In this document: positions 60,485-64,000 of the stretch, one piece after another | How positions within the stretch are numbered: position 1 is the first letter of the stretch | Layout: each line of letters begins with the position of its first letter | Assembly (NCBI GenBank): GCA_963796965.1 | Contig: CAWCNS010000004.1 | Location: 256,001 to 320,000 of the forward strand | Direction: 5' to 3' | DNA from: Calditrichia bacterium | GTDB lineage: Bacteria > Calditrichota > Calditrichia > JAJRVZ01 | Length of the DNA stretch: 64,000 bases | Notes under the pieces: generated by a model | Told to the model about the DNA's origin: nothing | Database searches by the model: none | Seen by the model: only the letters and a program-made list of their open reading frames with translations | Translations under genes and position numbers: made by a program

Positions 60485-61987
60485 ATGAATACCGATAATA
60501 CTGTATTGACCAGTTTAGACTGGATTGTTATCATAATTTATGGTCTTGGTATGTTGGTTGTGGGTTTTTATTTTTCTTATATCAATAAAAGCTCTGATGA
60601 TTACATGCTGGGTGGAAGAAATATGAAATCCTGGCGGGTCGGGCTTTCTCTTTTTGCCACCATGTTTAGTGCAGTCTCCTACCTTTCTATGCCTGGGGAG
60701 ATGATCAAACACGGTCCAATGATATGGTCGATGGTAGCAGCGCTGCCATTTATTTACCTTGTTGTCGCTTATTTCTTTATTCCCTTTTTTATGAAACTAA
60801 AAATAAACAGTGCTTACGAATTGCTGGAATCCAGGTTGGGTTTGGGAAATCGTCTTCTCGCGGTTTTCTTTTTTTTATTAATGCGATTTATCTGGATGGC
60901 TGTGATTATTTACATGGTATCGGAAAAAGTCATTGTTCCTATTATGGGCTGGCCGGAGGATACGGCGTTAATGGTAAGCATTATCATGGGCGTAATTACA
61001 GTAATTTATACTTCCTTTGGAGGTTTGCGCGGTGTTGTCTTAACAGATGTTGTACAAACATTTATTTTATTTGGTGGCACTCTCCTGGCTATATTTTTGA
61101 TTACCAAAGAGTTGGGTGGTGTTTCTGCCATTATTCCCTCGCAATGGCCGGAGCAATGGTCTGGTTGGATCTTTTTTGACACTAATGCCCGGGTTAGTTT
61201 TTTAACAGCATTTATTACAGCCTTTGGCTGGTATGTCTGTACGGCAGGATCTGATCAAATGGCTATTCAGCGCTATTTGGCCACACGTGATGTTAAAGCA
61301 GCGCGACGGATGTATTTCAGCTCACTTGTTTCTAATCTTTTTGTTTATATCCTCCTGGCTATGCTTGGATTGGCTCTTTTTGCCTATTTTAAGATGTACC
61401 CGGATCTTCTTGCGGGTGGCTCATCCATGATTGATGCTGCGGATCTTATGTTTCCGCGATTCATCGTAATTGGTTTACCATCGGGCTTTTCAGGTTTGGT
61501 CATCGCCGGTTTGCTTGCCGCTGCAATGTCAAGCCTTTCCTCCGGGATAAATTCTTCTGCTTTGTCGATTATCAATGATTTCATTTTACGTTTTCGAAAA
61601 AATTCATTTACCGAGGCCCGCATCCTCAAACTAGCAAAAGTCATTTCACTGGGTATCGGTGTCATCATTGTATTATTGAGCCTCGTCATTGGCAATGTTA
61701 AAGGGAACCTGTTGGAGTTAACTTACAAGACGATTAACCTGTTGGTGGGTCCCCTGTTTGTGCCTTTTTTTATGGTGATGTTTATACGTAAAGCAAAACC
61801 GATGGCTACATTTATCGGCACATTTACAAGTGCTGTCGCAGCAACTCTAATAAGTTTTTCACAAGAGTTGTTTTCAATCACAATTTCTTTTCTGTGGATA
61901 ATTCCGGGCTCATTTCTGGTCGGCGTCATTATCAGTGTTGCTTTGAGTCTTCTCTCATTTGGACAGAGTAAACCAGGGTCTGAGTGA
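60485..61987 (+). CDS. Sodium:solute symporter (SSS; sialic-acid-transporter-like subgroup)
   Basis: DYMLGGR, SLFAT..SA.SYL..PG, SAYELLE.R, GGLRGVVLTD, DQ..IQRYL, AAAMSSLSS. Confidence 0.92.
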   Translation: MNTDNTVLTSLDWIVIIIYGLGMLVVGFYFSYINKSSDDYMLGGRNMKSWRVGLSLFATMFSAVSYLSMPGEMIKHGPMIWSMVAALPFIYLVVAYFFIPFFMKLKINSAYELLESRLGLGNRLLAVFFFLLMRFIWMAVIIYMVSEKVIVPIMGWPEDTALMVSIIMGVITVIYTSFGGLRGVVLTDVVQTFILFGGTLLAIFLITKELGGVSAIIPSQWPEQWSGWIFFDTNARVSFLTAFITAFGWYVCTAGSDQMAIQRYLATRDVKAARRMYFSSLVSNLFVYILLAMLGLALFAYFKMYPDLLAGGSSMIDAADLMFPRFIVIGLPSGFSGLVIAGLLAAAMSSLSSGINSSALSIINDFILRFRKNSFTEARILKLAKVISLGIGVIIVLLSLVIGNVKGNLLELTYKTINLLVGPLFVPFFMVMFIRKAKPMATFIGTFTSAVAATLISFSQELFSITISFLWIIPGSFLVGVIISVALSLLSFGQSKPGSE

Positions 61988-62197
61988 TCTGAAATTCCGG
62001 AAAAGTTAACTATCCAGATGTAGAATGAATGAGTAAATAATGTAAGTTTTAGGGAAGCATTAAAATAATACCAATCGATAAGTTTTAAATTATTCTCACC
62101 AAATGGCCGGTTTTTTTGGTAAAAGGGAATATGCATTAATCTATAAATCATATTCTTAAAGATATAAATCCTGCAGGATATTAAGGTTGATAAAAGG

Positions 62198-64000
62198 ATG
62201 AAAAACATACAATACATCAAAATAAATATAATGCTAGTGGTTATACTCATAATTAATTTAGATCTTGTAAGTTGTACCTTGGATTTTACGGATAGCGTAA
62301 CTATTGAAAACGGTAATTTCAAATATGAAATCGCCGGCAATGGAAGAAACCTTCATTTTATAGATAAGGTGACTGGTGAAGATTATCTTGATTCCGAAGC
62401 ACCTTCAAATTGCGCCTATATTATAGTTGATGGAGAAAAACATGAAATAACCGCCTTAACACGTGAGAGAGAATATCTTACAATGGAATTTGGCAAGTCA
62501 GGTGTTTTAGCCAATATTCACATTCGGAATACAAAAGATCATATTACGTTAAAAGTTGCATCTGTTACTGGGGATATCGAGTCGTTTGTTTTTTTGAATG
62601 TTCCCCTTAAGCTCGAAAGGACAGCCATATGAGCCTTTTGCCGCCTGTGCACTCTCCATGAATCTATTTACTCATGTCAGACAGTTACCCCCTTTGCAGA
62701 CTCATCTTTGGGCAAAATGTTATAAAAGATTTGGACTGGAAGGGGCTGAAATAACCCTTCTTGGTCTCCCTCAACCGAAAATTCTTCCTGTCATCCGAGA
62801 TGTCATATCAAACGCGAAAGGGATACCTTTTTCTGATGAGGGCGGTGCCTGGGCACTGATGAAAAAAGAGGGGTATGGCTCATATCTTATGAATTTTGGA
62901 ACCCTGACTGAAAATACGGTGGATGAGTGGATTGACACATGTCATAGGTTGGGATTCAACCAGATAGACAGCCATGGAGGAGGAAAATTTTTTGAATTTG
63001 GTACCTTTGAACTTAATAAGGAGAAATGGCCCGATGGATGGGAATCTTTTAAACGGATCAATACCCGGTTACATGAAGAAGGAATTTCCCATATTTTTCA
63101 TACGTATGCATTTTTTATAGATAAAAGTTCAAAATATGTAACACCTGTGCCTAGCAAAGATCTGGGGTATGGTAACATCTTTACTCTTAAGGAATCCCTG
63201 GGGGAAAATACAGATGAAATTATTGTAGAAGAATCCACAGCAAACATTTCAACAATTACCGGATTTCATACCGAGAATAGTGTGACGCTTAAAATTGGAG
63301 ATGAGCTGAATCGAGTTTAGCGGGGTAACCAAATCACCTCCATATAAGTTTACCGGTCTAAAGCGCGGTGCGAAAGGGACAAAGCCATCATCCTACCAGG
63401 CTGGTGAGATAGCTTTTCATTTGAGTGAAAGGTTTGGGAGGTTTGTTCCAGGTCCGGAAACTGCATTATTTAACGAGATAGCTCAACGCCATGCTGAAAT
63501 AGTAAATTATTGTGAATTTGACGGAATATATTTTGATGCAATTGATGGGAGTGCTGTACTTGGTGGTGATGAAAACTTCTGGTATTATGGTACTAAATTT
63601 ATTTTTGAAGTAGCAAAACAATTGAAGCGTCCGGTTGGAATGGAGATGAGCTCCATGTCACACCACTGGTGGCATTACCGGTCCCGATGGCAGGCATGGG
63701 ATCGGCCGGTTCGTGGATATAAACGGTTTATTGACATCCATTTGGCATCAATAAAGGCATCAGGACTCTTTCTGCCAGAAGAAACAATATCATATGAATG
63801 GGAACATGGCAGGTGGCCCGGTTACTCATCTTTGATTGATAAATATGCCGGTGTTGACAAAGGACAAATGCTTCTTCCACTTCACTTAGGCTGGTGGGGT
63901 AATCAGACCTGGGCTCCACCACAGATTGAACCAACTTTTCCTGATGATATTGAATATCTTGGCTGTAAGATGATAGGTAATAATGCCGGATTCTCACAGT
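62198..64000 (+). CDS. Large secreted hypothetical GH-like protein; frameshifted near 62615 and 63310; runs off the window
   Basis: ORFs 62198 and 62598 are collinear. A third frame from about 63310 (IEFSGVTK...FDGIYFDAIDG...LGWW) is open to the window end. Confidence 0.65.

Noticed and set aside
1896..63320. Stop-codon reassignment or recoding as the cause of the split genes
   Set aside because: Continuations are in different frames rather than past in-frame stops, and intact genes end with TAA, TAG and TGA.
1831..63997. Short minus-strand and alternative-frame ORFs in the track (e.g. 4654-4977, 30380-30790, 54524-54979, 61723-62340, 60724-61179)
   Set aside because: They are shadows of longer + strand genes and have no recognisable motifs.

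Overview
64 kb of AT-rich bacterial DNA in which all of the roughly 37 credible genes lie on the + strand. The window is a large glycan and amino-sugar degradation region. It encodes secreted or lipoprotein enzymes: an S1 sulfatase, a GH20-like enzyme, an FAD oxidoreductase, three sialidase-like BNR propellers, a sialate O-acetylesterase, GH28, GH109, a GH99-like protein with a T9SS C-terminal domain, and several unknown GH-like proteins. Many carry shuffled PA14-like accessory modules. A cytoplasmic catabolic cluster (about 46-62 kb) adds MFS and SSS transporters, a class III aminotransferase, a Gfo/Idh/MocA dehydrogenase, an FGGY kinase, a NagB-like isomerase, an amidohydrolase-ceramidase-like fusion, two aldolases and a pair of small V4R/ATC-hydrolase-like proteins. 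Interspersed are a Pif1-like helicase behind a sigma54-type promoter, a mobile mystery A/B (XRE + Fic) pair with a three-box palindromic operator, and a RAYT/Y1 transposase with a perfect palindrome in its coding sequence. Most larger intergenic spaces hold REP-like inverted repeats from at least four families, some nested inside one another. The T9SS sorting domain together with Shine-Dalgarno use suggests a non-Bacteroidia FCB-type host such as KSB1, Calditrichota or Ignavibacteria (inference). About 10 genes are broken by small indels, most likely long-read consensus errors. No rRNA, tRNA or CRISPR array was seen.
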